Shown: positions 1-8,831 of the stretch, piece after piece | How positions within the stretch are numbered: position 1 is the stretch's first letter | How the letters are laid out: each line of letters opens with the position of its first letter | Assembly (NCBI RefSeq): GCF_000146505.1 | Contig: NC_017448.1 | Span: 360,001 to 392,000, forward strand | DNA from: Fibrobacter succinogenes subsp. succinogenes S85 | GTDB taxonomy: Bacteria > Fibrobacterota > Fibrobacteria > Fibrobacterales > Fibrobacteraceae | Length of the DNA: 32,000 nucleotides | Direction: 5' to 3' | Notes under the pieces: generated by a model | The model's database searches: none | What the model saw: only the letters and a program-made list of their open reading frames with translations | What the model was told of the DNA's origin: nothing | Position numbers and translations under genes: made by a program

Positions 1-582
1 CAATAAAAAATCTTCGGCGCAAGTGGTATCCTTGATAAAATAGATATAGCGCACAGAATCCGAGGAATTAGAGAGTTTGGTTTTATAGCCTAGGAGAATT
101 TCGGAATAAAGCAAAGTCTTGTACAAATCTTTAGATTCCTGCTTAATGTCCGAAGAATCTACGCGGGCAATCAGCGAATCCGCAATAGGCTTGTCAAAAG
201 GCGAAAGATGTCTGTACAAATAGAGATTTAAGCCATCATTTTCCCTAAGGCGCAAATCAAATTTCTTCGTGTATGCAGAATCTAGAAACGCACGCCTGCC
301 ATCCGTATAAATCGCGATTGCATTTTCGAAACGCTTGAGTTCCATATCCACTAGATATTCCTCAAACAATTCCAGCGGAGCGCCTGCACTCACGTTTTCC
401 CTAAGGTAATCAAAAGCGGTCGCAGCGCGTTCATAATCTTCGTTTTTCAAGGATTCATGCAGCACTTCGCGAGCACGCAAGAACAGAGACTTCTTGGAAA
501 CCATCTGCGATTCTTGCGCCCAAAGACTAGCCGATGCAAGGCAAAGAAATATCAAGACGAACAAAGAACGCATTTTCACCAT
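1..582 (-). CDS. Partial CDS (N-terminal 194 aa; continues past the left edge). Secreted helical-repeat plus beta-barrel family protein, paralog of the next two genes.
   Basis: This ORF is not in the supplied track, so I translated it by hand. The minus frame is open from the ATG at 582 to position 1: MVKMRSLFVLIFLCLASASLWAQESQ... (signal peptide) then SLFLRAREVLHESLKNEDYERAATAFDYLRENVSAGAPLELFEEYLVDMELKRFENAIAIY. This aligns with ELYDRARDVLRKSLECRDYERAGEALDYLKTNVENGAPLSEMEEYLVNLELGRFEDALVFY of 583..1839. The ATG directly abuts the upstream TAA stop at 583..585. Confidence 0.75.
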   Translation of the reverse strand, partial: MVKMRSLFVLIFLCLASASLWAQESQMVSKKSLFLRAREVLHESLKNEDYERAATAFDYLRENVSAGAPLELFEEYLVDMELKRFENAIAIYTDGRRAFLDSAYTKKFDLRLRENDGLNLYLYRHLSPFDKPIADSLIARVDSSDIKQESKDLYKTLLYSEILLGYKTKLSNSSDSVRYIYFIKDTTCAEDFLL

Positions 583-1839
583 TTACCAGAGTTCCGCACC
601 AATACCAAAAGCAAAAGTATGTCTAACGGCGCTAAAGTCCTTGCCGTTGTTACAGCATTTTTCTTCAACAGAACCAATATGCATCATGTACTTAAAGCGC
701 AACAAGAACGAATGCGCATAAGCCCCCACAGACGATGGCTGAGCCGCATAAAAACGGAAGTCGACATTATTGCCCAACATAAATTCAGGAACAAGCGTTG
801 TACTTGCAAGATGATCATATCTCAGGCTAGACACACCGACAAAAGGTTCTACTCGCAAATATTTCGAATCGTAAGCAACAAACCCAAGACTTGCGCCAAC
901 CGCCCACGTTCCTTCACGTCCATAGATATTTATACCCCCCGAAGACATCTCCTTTACATCAACATCGCACTTTTTAAAATTATATCCGGTAATATAACCA
1001 AACGACCAGAACAAGCTCAAATCAAAGCGCTTCACACGGAAATCCAAGCCAAGCATAATGGGCGTATCCGATTCGTAATTCAGATAATCGCTCCCCTCGC
1101 CTGTCATAAAGCCAAAGCCCATGTACATATAAAATCCAAATCCACCCGTATAGTACTTTTGTCCCAAAGGATCCTGTTTGAACTGTTTTTGCTCTTCCAA
1201 ATACTTTTGGACCGGGCCAATAAACAAATCCTTCAAATACGCGGCATGATCCGAATAAGGATACTCCTCAACATACTTTTTGATCAAAGCGAGGAATTCC
1301 TCAAGAGAAGACAAATCTTCATTATAGTTCAAAACAACAACGTCGTCCCCTTCACCCACCGTAGAAGCGTGAGCAGCAACAAAGTCCAAATAAATGAGGG
1401 TCTTGTGCAAAAGTTTGTACTCTTGCCTTTCATCCGAAGCATCTATGCGCACACATAATGAATCAACAAATCGCTTATCCATTTTATTCGTTTGTATCAG
1501 ATAACGATTCAACAAATCTTCAACTTCAACACGGCTTACAGCAGGGCGCGTGTAGTTTTTATCAAAGATATCCCGGTGAATGTCTCCGTAGAAAACAAGA
1601 GCATCCTCAAATCGGCCCAATTCAAGATTCACCAAATACTCTTCCATTTCCGAAAGCGGAGCACCATTCTCCACATTCGTTTTCAAGTAGTCCAACGCTT
1701 CACCGGCACGTTCGTAGTCTCGGCACTCCAAAGACTTTCGAAGAACATCTCGAGCACGGTCATACAGTTCTTTTTTGGATGGCTGAGAGAAAGCCACGAC
1801 ACTAAGCAAAAGCAATGAAAGTAGAATTCGCATTTTCAT
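583..1839 (-). CDS. Secreted protein with an N-terminal helical (TPR-like) region and a C-terminal outer-membrane beta-barrel-like domain (family paralog 2).
   Basis: 418-aa ORF with signal peptide MKMRILLSLLLLSVVAFSQP. The C-terminal half has alternating hydrophobic/Gly-rich strands (GFGFYMYMGFGF, ASLGFVAYDSKYLRVEPFVGVSS, NNVDFRFY) and ends in an aromatic residue (...GIGAELW), as typical of OM barrels. It is a clear paralog of 1843..3141 and 1..582. Confidence 0.85.
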   Translation of the reverse strand: MKMRILLSLLLLSVVAFSQPSKKELYDRARDVLRKSLECRDYERAGEALDYLKTNVENGAPLSEMEEYLVNLELGRFEDALVFYGDIHRDIFDKNYTRPAVSRVEVEDLLNRYLIQTNKMDKRFVDSLCVRIDASDERQEYKLLHKTLIYLDFVAAHASTVGEGDDVVVLNYNEDLSSLEEFLALIKKYVEEYPYSDHAAYLKDLFIGPVQKYLEEQKQFKQDPLGQKYYTGGFGFYMYMGFGFMTGEGSDYLNYESDTPIMLGLDFRVKRFDLSLFWSFGYITGYNFKKCDVDVKEMSSGGINIYGREGTWAVGASLGFVAYDSKYLRVEPFVGVSSLRYDHLASTTLVPEFMLGNNVDFRFYAAQPSSVGAYAHSFLLRFKYMMHIGSVEEKCCNNGKDFSAVRHTFAFGIGAELW

Positions 1840-1842
1840 AAT

Positions 1843-3141
1843 TTACCACAAATAAATTCCAAGTCCAAGATTGAAGAAAAAGCTAGTCGTTTCGCCCTTA
1901 ACATACTTATGATCAAAATCAATATTTGAAAAACCAAGTTTGCCTACAAGAGAAAAACTGGAGAAAGCATGATCGGCATAAAAGAGGAAAGCCGTAATGA
2001 ACTTGAAATCCACATTCACAGCAGCAGTAAAAGTCATCGGGCCAGAATCATTGCCATAAGCCACCCATTCGTCATCTTTCGGGCGCATTTCCATAAACGA
2101 TTTACCCCAAGCGATATAGGGGCGCACCTTAAGATAACGGCTGTCAAACGCCACAAAGCCAAGCCCGACCTCATAAGTATGGCTACCCGTCATTCCATTA
2201 TTGACGAGTTCACCCAAAATGGCAAAGCGCTTTATTTGAGCATAGATTTCAATGTTTATAGGTAAATTTTCGACTTCAAAGCGTTCCCTGTTGTAAAAGT
2301 TCTTGGAACCAGAAGCTCCACCCAATGAGATAAAGAGAGCGTTCAAGCCAAAGCCGCCAGAATAGAGTTTTTCCTGAATGATATTCTCTTTTTGCTCCTT
2401 ACGCCTTTGCAACATGAATTCCACAGGATCCATCCTTGAAAGAGGCAAGTAAATGCAATTCTTTATCCACGGAACATCAGGATCATTCGAATAGTCAGCA
2501 ATAAGCGATTCCGCCAAATGCAAAACAATCGTTCCATACTTTTCGCTCTTGTACGCTTCAGGGAGCAAGAGCAACATTTTGAGCTTATCGCGTTTGCGCT
2601 TCGGAAGCTTTTTCAGGACTTCTTCATTCAATGAATAAAATTCATTTTTGAATTCAGTGCGTTCACGCAATCTCTGTTGAAGATATATTTCCAATCCGTC
2701 TTGAGATGCAAACACGACATTCTGTTCGTAACGGGACGTATCATAAACACCACGATAAAATTCTACTAAATAATCAAGCAGCTTATCGTACTTTTGGATT
2801 TCAATATAAATCACTTCCTTTTCAATAGAACTCAACGGAATGACCATGCGATTTTCCATTGTCGAGAGTGTATCCATAAGTTTCAAGACTTGGGAATAAT
2901 CCTTTTCCTTCAATGATTCAAGAAGGTTATCACGAGCTCTGTAAATCGGCTCCATATCTGAAGATTCTGCCATCAGGCTCTGTTCAAATTTGTCTAGGCT
3001 TGGTTGTTCAGATTCGGCCGAATTTTCGGCAGAACCGTTGAGCATCAGACTCTTTTCAAATTCGTCAAAATTTTTATTTATTGATGGCTGTGCAAACGAG
3101 GCTATAGAGCAAAGCAATATCAAAAGGAAGAATGGTTTCAT
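1843..3141 (-). CDS. Secreted protein with an N-terminal helical region and a C-terminal outer-membrane beta-barrel-like domain (family paralog 3).
   Basis: 432-aa ORF with signal peptide MKPFFLLILLCSIASFAQP. Shared family motifs are GFVAFDSRYLKVRPYIAWGKS and VNVDFKFI, and it ends ...GLGIYLW. Its stop lies 3 nt from the ATG of the next gene, and the junction sequence is conserved with the 582/583 junction (cgcattttca[c/t]a[a/t]tttacca). Confidence 0.85.
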   Translation of the reverse strand: MKPFFLLILLCSIASFAQPSINKNFDEFEKSLMLNGSAENSAESEQPSLDKFEQSLMAESSDMEPIYRARDNLLESLKEKDYSQVLKLMDTLSTMENRMVIPLSSIEKEVIYIEIQKYDKLLDYLVEFYRGVYDTSRYEQNVVFASQDGLEIYLQQRLRERTEFKNEFYSLNEEVLKKLPKRKRDKLKMLLLLPEAYKSEKYGTIVLHLAESLIADYSNDPDVPWIKNCIYLPLSRMDPVEFMLQRRKEQKENIIQEKLYSGGFGLNALFISLGGASGSKNFYNRERFEVENLPINIEIYAQIKRFAILGELVNNGMTGSHTYEVGLGFVAFDSRYLKVRPYIAWGKSFMEMRPKDDEWVAYGNDSGPMTFTAAVNVDFKFITAFLFYADHAFSSFSLVGKLGFSNIDFDHKYVKGETTSFFFNLGLGIYLW

Positions 3142-3149
3142 TTGTGAGC

Positions 3150-3488
3150 CTATTCCGGAAGATAGTACAGGTCAACAACAGACGCGGTAGAGCCATAATA
3201 CTCGCCTGTCTTTTTCACAAAAACAAAGTTTGCACCTTGTTTCCTGGCTACGCTTTTAAAAACTTCCTCGTTACCAAAAGCACTTCCTGTCAACAGAAGC
3301 GTATTCACATGTTCTGCTTTTTCAGGAATTATCGGGAGCAAAGATGCCGGTATAATGGCAACTTCAACAGATTCATCAAGCGGCGCTCGTCGCAAGGATT
3401 GCTGAGTCCCATTTTGATTTGAACCTGCACATCCCGCAAAAGACAATGCGAGCAATGCAATAGAAATTTTCTGCCCAACCAATCTCAT
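3150..3488 (-). CDS. Small lipoprotein of unknown function.
   Basis: 112-aa ORF with a signal peptide and lipobox (LALSFAGC AGS). It lies 8 nt upstream of paralog 3 on the same strand and is probably the first gene of that operon. Confidence 0.7.
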   Translation of the reverse strand: MRLVGQKISIALLALSFAGCAGSNQNGTQQSLRRAPLDESVEVAIIPASLLPIIPEKAEHVNTLLLTGSAFGNEEVFKSVARKQGANFVFVKKTGEYYGSTASVVDLYYLPE

Positions 3489-3594
3489 TTATCATCCTTC
3501 TCAAATTTATCAAGATAAATATACAAATTCACATCAGTCGGCAAGACAAACTCATTAAAAATTCAGTTCAAACAAACACAAACAACGTTTATTA

Positions 3595-6500
3595 TTATCT
3601 ATTGGAATCGGCCATGTATACATCGTTCCATTGATATGTATTCGATTTGAAAGATTTACTTAGCGAAGAGCCGTCAACAAGAGTTATGTCGCTTGATTTA
3701 GCCCTTTCTTTAGCATCTACTCCAAATTCACTATTGGTAAAAACAACAGGCTTAAAAACCTTTCCCGAATATTTTTCCTTGTAGACATTTGCGCCAACAG
3801 CCACTTCGCCCAAAGCTTCAACACCGACTTTGTTACGAGAATGTTTGCACTGAATAGCCAAATTGTCTTTGGAACCAAAAGCAAGCACATCGACGCCCTT
3901 ATCACCACTGCGCGGAGTAACAACAGTCTTATACCCTAATGCAGCATAGAAAACAGCCACAAACGCTTCGAACAGATATTCATTCATATCATCAATATCC
4001 TCGAGAGCAACATAGGATTGGTCGTCCGCCATGGTCGTACCAAAAAGTTTTCCATCAAGTTCCTTCTGAACCACTTCAATACGATCGGTAGGATACAATG
4101 ATGCAGACGCAAGGTGCGTTTTATTTTGTAGAAGAGCATCCAGCACAACATCAAACGAATCAAAGTTATCACACACAGCCATTGGGAAATGAACATAGAC
4201 GTCCTTGGTCTGCCCAATACGATAAACACGATCTGTCGCTTGCATTTCCTTCGCAGGATTCCAATGACGGGAATAATGAATCACATGGTTTGCACCCACC
4301 ACATTCAAGCCGACACCAGCAGCAAGTTGCGACATAATGATAACGTTGAAGCCGCTTTTTTCCTGGAAAATATCAACCGTTTTTTGGCGCGAGACTTTAT
4401 TGCCCCTGTCAGATGTCGATGTATCGCCGTTGATGACACTCGCCTCGATTCCAAACTTTTGGAGCAAAATACGCTGGAACATCCGTTGCATATCGCGACG
4501 GTCCGTGAAGATAATCACCTTTTCGTTTTTCGCCCGAATATCTTCAAGAATCCGCATCGTTGCAGACAACTTTGCAGAACTACGAATCAAGTCATCTACA
4601 GAAAGGTGGTCTACATCCTTAAAATCCAAATACGGATGGTCACTGATTTTTCTCAAGCTCTGAATGCGTTCAAACGGATGGGCGTGAGTCTTTATTCCCA
4701 AGTTAATTGCGGCAACATAGCGGCTGTATTGTTCAGAAGGCATGGGAACTTTGTGATACTCCACATGTTTTTCGGGCAAGTCCTTACTCACTTCAGACTT
4801 AATGCGGCGAAGGAAGTAGCCACCCAATTCATGCCTCAACTTGTTTCCCAACATGGCGATATCGGTTTCAGCATCTTTGAGCGGGTCTTGGTACTTTCGG
4901 GCAAATTCCTTAGCGTTTCCAAGCAATCCCGGTACTGCAAAATCCATAATGCACCACAAATCCATGTAGGTATTTTCAACAGGAGTACCCGTCATTGAAA
5001 TGCGCAAATCGCTTTTCAATGCTTTCGCTGCATTCGTCACCATAGCACCAGGGGCCTTCACTTTTTGCGCTTCGTCCAACACAATTACCGCAAAATCAAT
5101 CGCAGCAAGAGTAAACTGTCCACGGCGCATAGCCTCATACCCCACAACCATGATATGCTTATAGGCATGAAATGCAACAAAGCCCTTATTTTCATTAGGA
5201 ATGCGCTCTACAATTTCAATATTCATTCCTTCTTTAAAGAATCGCTTGTATTCACGAACCCAGTTTTCAAGCAAAGACACCGGAGCAACAATGAGATACG
5301 GTTTATTCGCAGCATTATTAAATCGAGAATGCCAATCGAGCATGTAAAGCACTTGAAGGGTTTTTCCAAGCCCCATATCATCGGCCAAAAGCCCGCCTTT
5401 TGCATTTTTAGCCAAATTCTGCAACCACGCAATACCTTCAACCTGATGGTCTTTTAGCTTGAATTCTTTTTGAAGATAAGGATTTTCTTCCAACGTAAGA
5501 TGCTTTGGCAAATAATTCTGTTCCTTGGTGACATCGTAACCAGTCACTTCCAGATTTTCTTCAATCAGAAGCACTTCGTGCTGTTTCTTTTTCTCTTCAA
5601 TAGAATTCGGGCCTGTCGCGGTAACAGCTTCTTTTTTACGAAGCTGTTCTTTAGCAAACTTTTCCATTTTCTCGGCTTCACCGATGGAAATATTCGCGCC
5701 CTTGTATTCGCAATATGGTTTATTTTCTCGCTTTGCCGTAGCTATAGCTTCGCTAAATTCAGCGAGTTCCGTTGCATTCTTTATGGCGATTTTCGTTGTA
5801 CCATTCGTACGGTCTTCAACTTCGAAAGAAGGAATCCACTGCGATTTATAAGGCGTAATAAACGGATAGACTTTCGGTTCATACAAGCCCTTTCCTATCA
5901 CTCGGTCGCTATAAAAAGCAGACAAATCAGTCACTTCGGGATCAAAGAATTCTTCCGGATGTTCTACAATGGCCTTGATTTCTTCTGGATTTTTGACTTT
6001 GCGTTTTTGCTTGACTTTCTTGAGCGATTCCTGAACCGGAGTATCCAAGACAACAATAGTCTTCTGTACCCCTTTTGCCATCGGATAATGGTCATGGACT
6101 TCCGAACTGCCATCAAACTTTTTAACAAATTCATCATTTGATGAATCATCAATGGAGGGAGTAATTTCAAGTTCACCATTGTTATAAGAAATGTCAAGCC
6201 GAACATTCTTTGGCAAAACGACATTTCTGTTATTTAAAGTTTCGTCAAGCGCCGAAGCAGATTCTTTAGACAGCTCCTTGATTTCGGCAAAGCTCTTGTA
6301 AGACTCCAATTTACTTTTAGACTGCAATCCATTAAATTCAGCCAACGCTTTTACAAGGCGATATTGTTCTAGAGTCAGCAGATATTCAATCTGTTCACCT
6401 TTGACTATCAACGAAACGACAGGTCCTTTCTGCTCTTTTTTAGGAAGTTCATCGCCACACGGAGCAAAAGACTTGTAAGAGACCTCATAGGTGAATGCGG

Positions 6501-6732
6501 GCGTAAAGGGAATTCCCTGATGGGAAACAAGAATTTCAAACGGATAGAGTGGCGGAAGCCCCACAATTTCGCGTTCAAATTCATTTAGCTCATAGACATT
6601 TTCAAAGGGAACATCTATACCGCCATCCGCAAGTAGCGTGGCAAAACCATTATCCGTCAACGTCTTCAAAAAAGGAGCGTTGGTATTATCAAAGACAAAA
6701 CTTGTTTCCGTAATTTTGATACTATCTAACAT
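3595..6732 (-). CDS. zorD: ZorD-like SNF2-family helicase/ATPase with a C-terminal Mrr-like (PD-(D/E)xK) restriction endonuclease domain.
   Basis: 1045-aa ORF. SNF2 motifs: LADDMGLGKTLQ (motif I, K457), VLDEAQKVK (motif II), MTGTPVEN (motif III), and in helicase-C VIIFTDRRDMQ, GVGLN and QATDRVYRIGQTKDV (motif VI). The C-terminus carries GDKGVDVLAFGSKDNLAIQCKHS, which matches the Mrr_cat D...QxK signature. It is the last gene of the zorA-zorB-X operon, and its start overlaps the upstream stop by 11 nt. Confidence 0.9.
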   Translation of the reverse strand: MLDSIKITETSFVFDNTNAPFLKTLTDNGFATLLADGGIDVPFENVYELNEFEREIVGLPPLYPFEILVSHQGIPFTPAFTYEVSYKSFAPCGDELPKKEQKGPVVSLIVKGEQIEYLLTLEQYRLVKALAEFNGLQSKSKLESYKSFAEIKELSKESASALDETLNNRNVVLPKNVRLDISYNNGELEITPSIDDSSNDEFVKKFDGSSEVHDHYPMAKGVQKTIVVLDTPVQESLKKVKQKRKVKNPEEIKAIVEHPEEFFDPEVTDLSAFYSDRVIGKGLYEPKVYPFITPYKSQWIPSFEVEDRTNGTTKIAIKNATELAEFSEAIATAKRENKPYCEYKGANISIGEAEKMEKFAKEQLRKKEAVTATGPNSIEEKKKQHEVLLIEENLEVTGYDVTKEQNYLPKHLTLEENPYLQKEFKLKDHQVEGIAWLQNLAKNAKGGLLADDMGLGKTLQVLYMLDWHSRFNNAANKPYLIVAPVSLLENWVREYKRFFKEGMNIEIVERIPNENKGFVAFHAYKHIMVVGYEAMRRGQFTLAAIDFAVIVLDEAQKVKAPGAMVTNAAKALKSDLRISMTGTPVENTYMDLWCIMDFAVPGLLGNAKEFARKYQDPLKDAETDIAMLGNKLRHELGGYFLRRIKSEVSKDLPEKHVEYHKVPMPSEQYSRYVAAINLGIKTHAHPFERIQSLRKISDHPYLDFKDVDHLSVDDLIRSSAKLSATMRILEDIRAKNEKVIIFTDRRDMQRMFQRILLQKFGIEASVINGDTSTSDRGNKVSRQKTVDIFQEKSGFNVIIMSQLAAGVGLNVVGANHVIHYSRHWNPAKEMQATDRVYRIGQTKDVYVHFPMAVCDNFDSFDVVLDALLQNKTHLASASLYPTDRIEVVQKELDGKLFGTTMADDQSYVALEDIDDMNEYLFEAFVAVFYAALGYKTVVTPRSGDKGVDVLAFGSKDNLAIQCKHSRNKVGVEALGEVAVGANVYKEKYSGKVFKPVVFTNSEFGVDAKERAKSSDITLVDGSSLSKSFKSNTYQWNDVYMADSNR

Positions 6733-8089
6733 ATCGTTTCATCCACATAAGAAGAGGATATTCCCAGTTACTCGATTTATGGACCATTCTGCAACTGTAA
6801 GCGTAAGAAGTATCCATATTCGGAAGATAAGGCTTTTTCAAATCATTTACCGAATATATGCGATTAGCACCCAGGAGTTGGTCCACATTTTCATCATTTC
6901 GGTAGATGTACAAGGCATTTCCCTTTTCCGAAAATTCAATAAACTTGTACGAACCAATGGTCATTACAAACGCATACGCACTGGTCTGCGACGCAGTAAC
7001 CTTAAAGCAGTAATCCAAGGAATCCTTCAACGATTCAATTCGCGACAAGCGCCTCTTGCCATCTGCGGGTCCAATGACTTTAACATCCGAAATAGTCTTA
7101 GTCAACTGTAACCAAAATTCTTTACGCCGCGGGTCAACGATCAACGTTTGGAAAATTTCGTTGATATATTCTTGAATCAGCCAAAAATTCACGATTTGCC
7201 GTGCATTTTCAACTTTTTTCTGCAACTCGGAATCTCTCTTATCAAATAGAGTCCATTTGCCTTTATCGGCCGGATGACCAATCCGACGCAATGCCATAGA
7301 CTGTAATTTCAATTGATCGCGTTTTACCGAGCGTTCTTCACAACCCCTTATAAAATCAGAAAGAACAATCATGCTCGTATCAGAGTTGCCATGTTCTTCA
7401 AGCACGTTATCAAGAGACTGCGGAATCCCTTTCCCGACATCCGCTGTATAGAAAGTACGAATGACTTTCTGGAAATATTCTGAATGGATCATATCCTTGG
7501 GAAAGTCGATAACTGACTTAAAATCCAAAGGAGATTCATAACCCATTCTCAAATTTTTCCCAAGATTTACAGCACCATTTAATACTCTCGTGTTCCCCGC
7601 TTTAAAATAATCCAGTTTTTCTTTCCACTCGTTGTAACGGGATTGAGGACCTTTATAAGCTTTCAACTTTTTCAGAAAAAGATCATGCATTGGAGCAATT
7701 TCATCCGATACACTATTCCATTTGTTAAGGCAAACTCTCATCAAAGGAGCCAAATAGCGATCACCCCAGCCAGTATTAATTATCGTTGCAATTTTTTCAT
7801 AAGTCACGGGTCCACCGACAATATCCCCCGCAAAATAGCACATCAGACGGCGTTCCCGAATAGAGAATGGATCCTGTTCTGGGGTATTACGAAAATACGC
7901 TACAATTTTACGCCTTATCGCAAGAACCGCACTTTCTGAAATCTCAGTTTCTTCGACAACATCAAGTTTTGCAACAAGCGCCTCCATTTTTTGAAGGTGC
8001 TCATTCAAGAGAACTTCTAACTTAGCAGGAAAAACATTCTTCGCTCTTTTTACAAAAGCTTTCTTGTCGAAATCAGGGAGATTGATCAT
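6722..8089 (-). CDS. zorC: ZorC-position protein (candidate EH-signature-domain protein). I recognise no motif by eye.
   Basis: 455-aa ORF with no TM segment or signal peptide. It lies between the MotB-like gene and the SNF2 gene, which is the position ZorC occupies in type I Zorya. It starts 10 nt after the zorB stop and overlaps zorD by 11 nt. The assignment rests on synteny only. Confidence 0.6.
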   Translation of the reverse strand: MINLPDFDKKAFVKRAKNVFPAKLEVLLNEHLQKMEALVAKLDVVEETEISESAVLAIRRKIVAYFRNTPEQDPFSIRERRLMCYFAGDIVGGPVTYEKIATIINTGWGDRYLAPLMRVCLNKWNSVSDEIAPMHDLFLKKLKAYKGPQSRYNEWKEKLDYFKAGNTRVLNGAVNLGKNLRMGYESPLDFKSVIDFPKDMIHSEYFQKVIRTFYTADVGKGIPQSLDNVLEEHGNSDTSMIVLSDFIRGCEERSVKRDQLKLQSMALRRIGHPADKGKWTLFDKRDSELQKKVENARQIVNFWLIQEYINEIFQTLIVDPRRKEFWLQLTKTISDVKVIGPADGKRRLSRIESLKDSLDYCFKVTASQTSAYAFVMTIGSYKFIEFSEKGNALYIYRNDENVDQLLGANRIYSVNDLKKPYLPNMDTSYAYSCRMVHKSSNWEYPLLMWMKRYVR

Positions 8090-8099
8090 CAGAAAGTTC

Positions 8100-8831
8100 T
8101 CACTTTAAAGTTTTAATAATTTCTTCAATCTGTTCCTGAGCCTTGGTCCTGACTCTGATTTCAACACGTCTCGATTTTTCTTGTGTCGCTCTAGGCTGAC
8201 TAAAAGAAAGCCCCGTTGCAATAATATATTTTCTCGCAAATTCCAAAAGTGTGGTATCTTTGGAAACATCCGTTTCTGTAAGTCCATATCTTAGCACATT
8301 TCGGCTACGAGCTTGCGACAAGTTCATATTGTACAGATAATTGCGTTCAAGAGTTTTGCACAAGCTGTAGCAGGGAGTTGAATCCGTATGTCCTTCAATA
8401 CGAATTTCCTCAATATGCTCACGGAATTTTTCGCCATCCAAAATTTCAAGATACTTTGGAAAGAAAAACTTCATCATCGATTTATACCGAGGCGGGAGCA
8501 AGGTATCCCCCGAAGCAAACAGGACCGGAGTTCCATCCAACGCAATTTCATTGAAACGAACGGTCAAAGTTGCAGAATCCAATTCTGCACCCCACACATT
8601 CAAAGAATCTTTAAACGTAGATTTCAATTCCTTGTATATTTCGTCTCTTGTATCCTGATACTTGTTAATGGCCTGTTTTTTAATATTGTCCTGTTTTGTA
8701 ATCTGCCAAACAAGGGCGATAATCAAAAGAACAAAGACAAACATCAAACCAGACATCATGTCACCTGTAGACATCGCAAACGGATTTTGGTCACCGCCTG
8801 CATCTAAAGTTATTTTATGACGTCTAGCCAT
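8100..8831 (-). CDS. zorB: ZorB-like MotB/OmpA-family peptidoglycan-binding stator subunit.
   Basis: 243-aa ORF. It has a conserved Asp just before a single TM (MSTGDMMSGLMFVFVLLIIALVW, D24), analogous to the proton-carrying Asp of MotB/ExbD/TolR. The C-terminal OmpA-like motifs are IRIEGHTDSTP, LSQARSRNVLRYGL and SRRVEIRV. Its start shares one nucleotide with the zorA stop (TAATG overlap at 8831). Confidence 0.85.
   Translation of the reverse strand: MARRHKITLDAGGDQNPFAMSTGDMMSGLMFVFVLLIIALVWQITKQDNIKKQAINKYQDTRDEIYKELKSTFKDSLNVWGAELDSATLTVRFNEIALDGTPVLFASGDTLLPPRYKSMMKFFFPKYLEILDGEKFREHIEEIRIEGHTDSTPCYSLCKTLERNYLYNMNLSQARSRNVLRYGLTETDVSKDTTLLEFARKYIIATGLSFSQPRATQEKSRRVEIRVRTKAQEQIEEIIKTLK

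Noticed and set aside
457-1458. 333-aa plus-strand ORF
   Set aside because: It lies entirely antisense to the well-supported paralog genes at 1..582 and 583..1839. Its composition is low-complexity and basic (K/R/I/F-rich) and it has no motifs, so it is a shadow ORF.
3489-3594. Possible att-like or inverted-repeat boundaries of the Zorya island (compared with 10586..10634)
   Set aside because: The only shared element is an 8-9-nt A/T word (attattat), which is not meaningful in such AT-rich spacers.
3595-6732. SNF2-Mrr protein as part of a restriction-modification, BREX or DISARM system
   Set aside because: No methyltransferase, PglZ, DUF1998 or specificity-subunit gene is present in the operon or its flanks.
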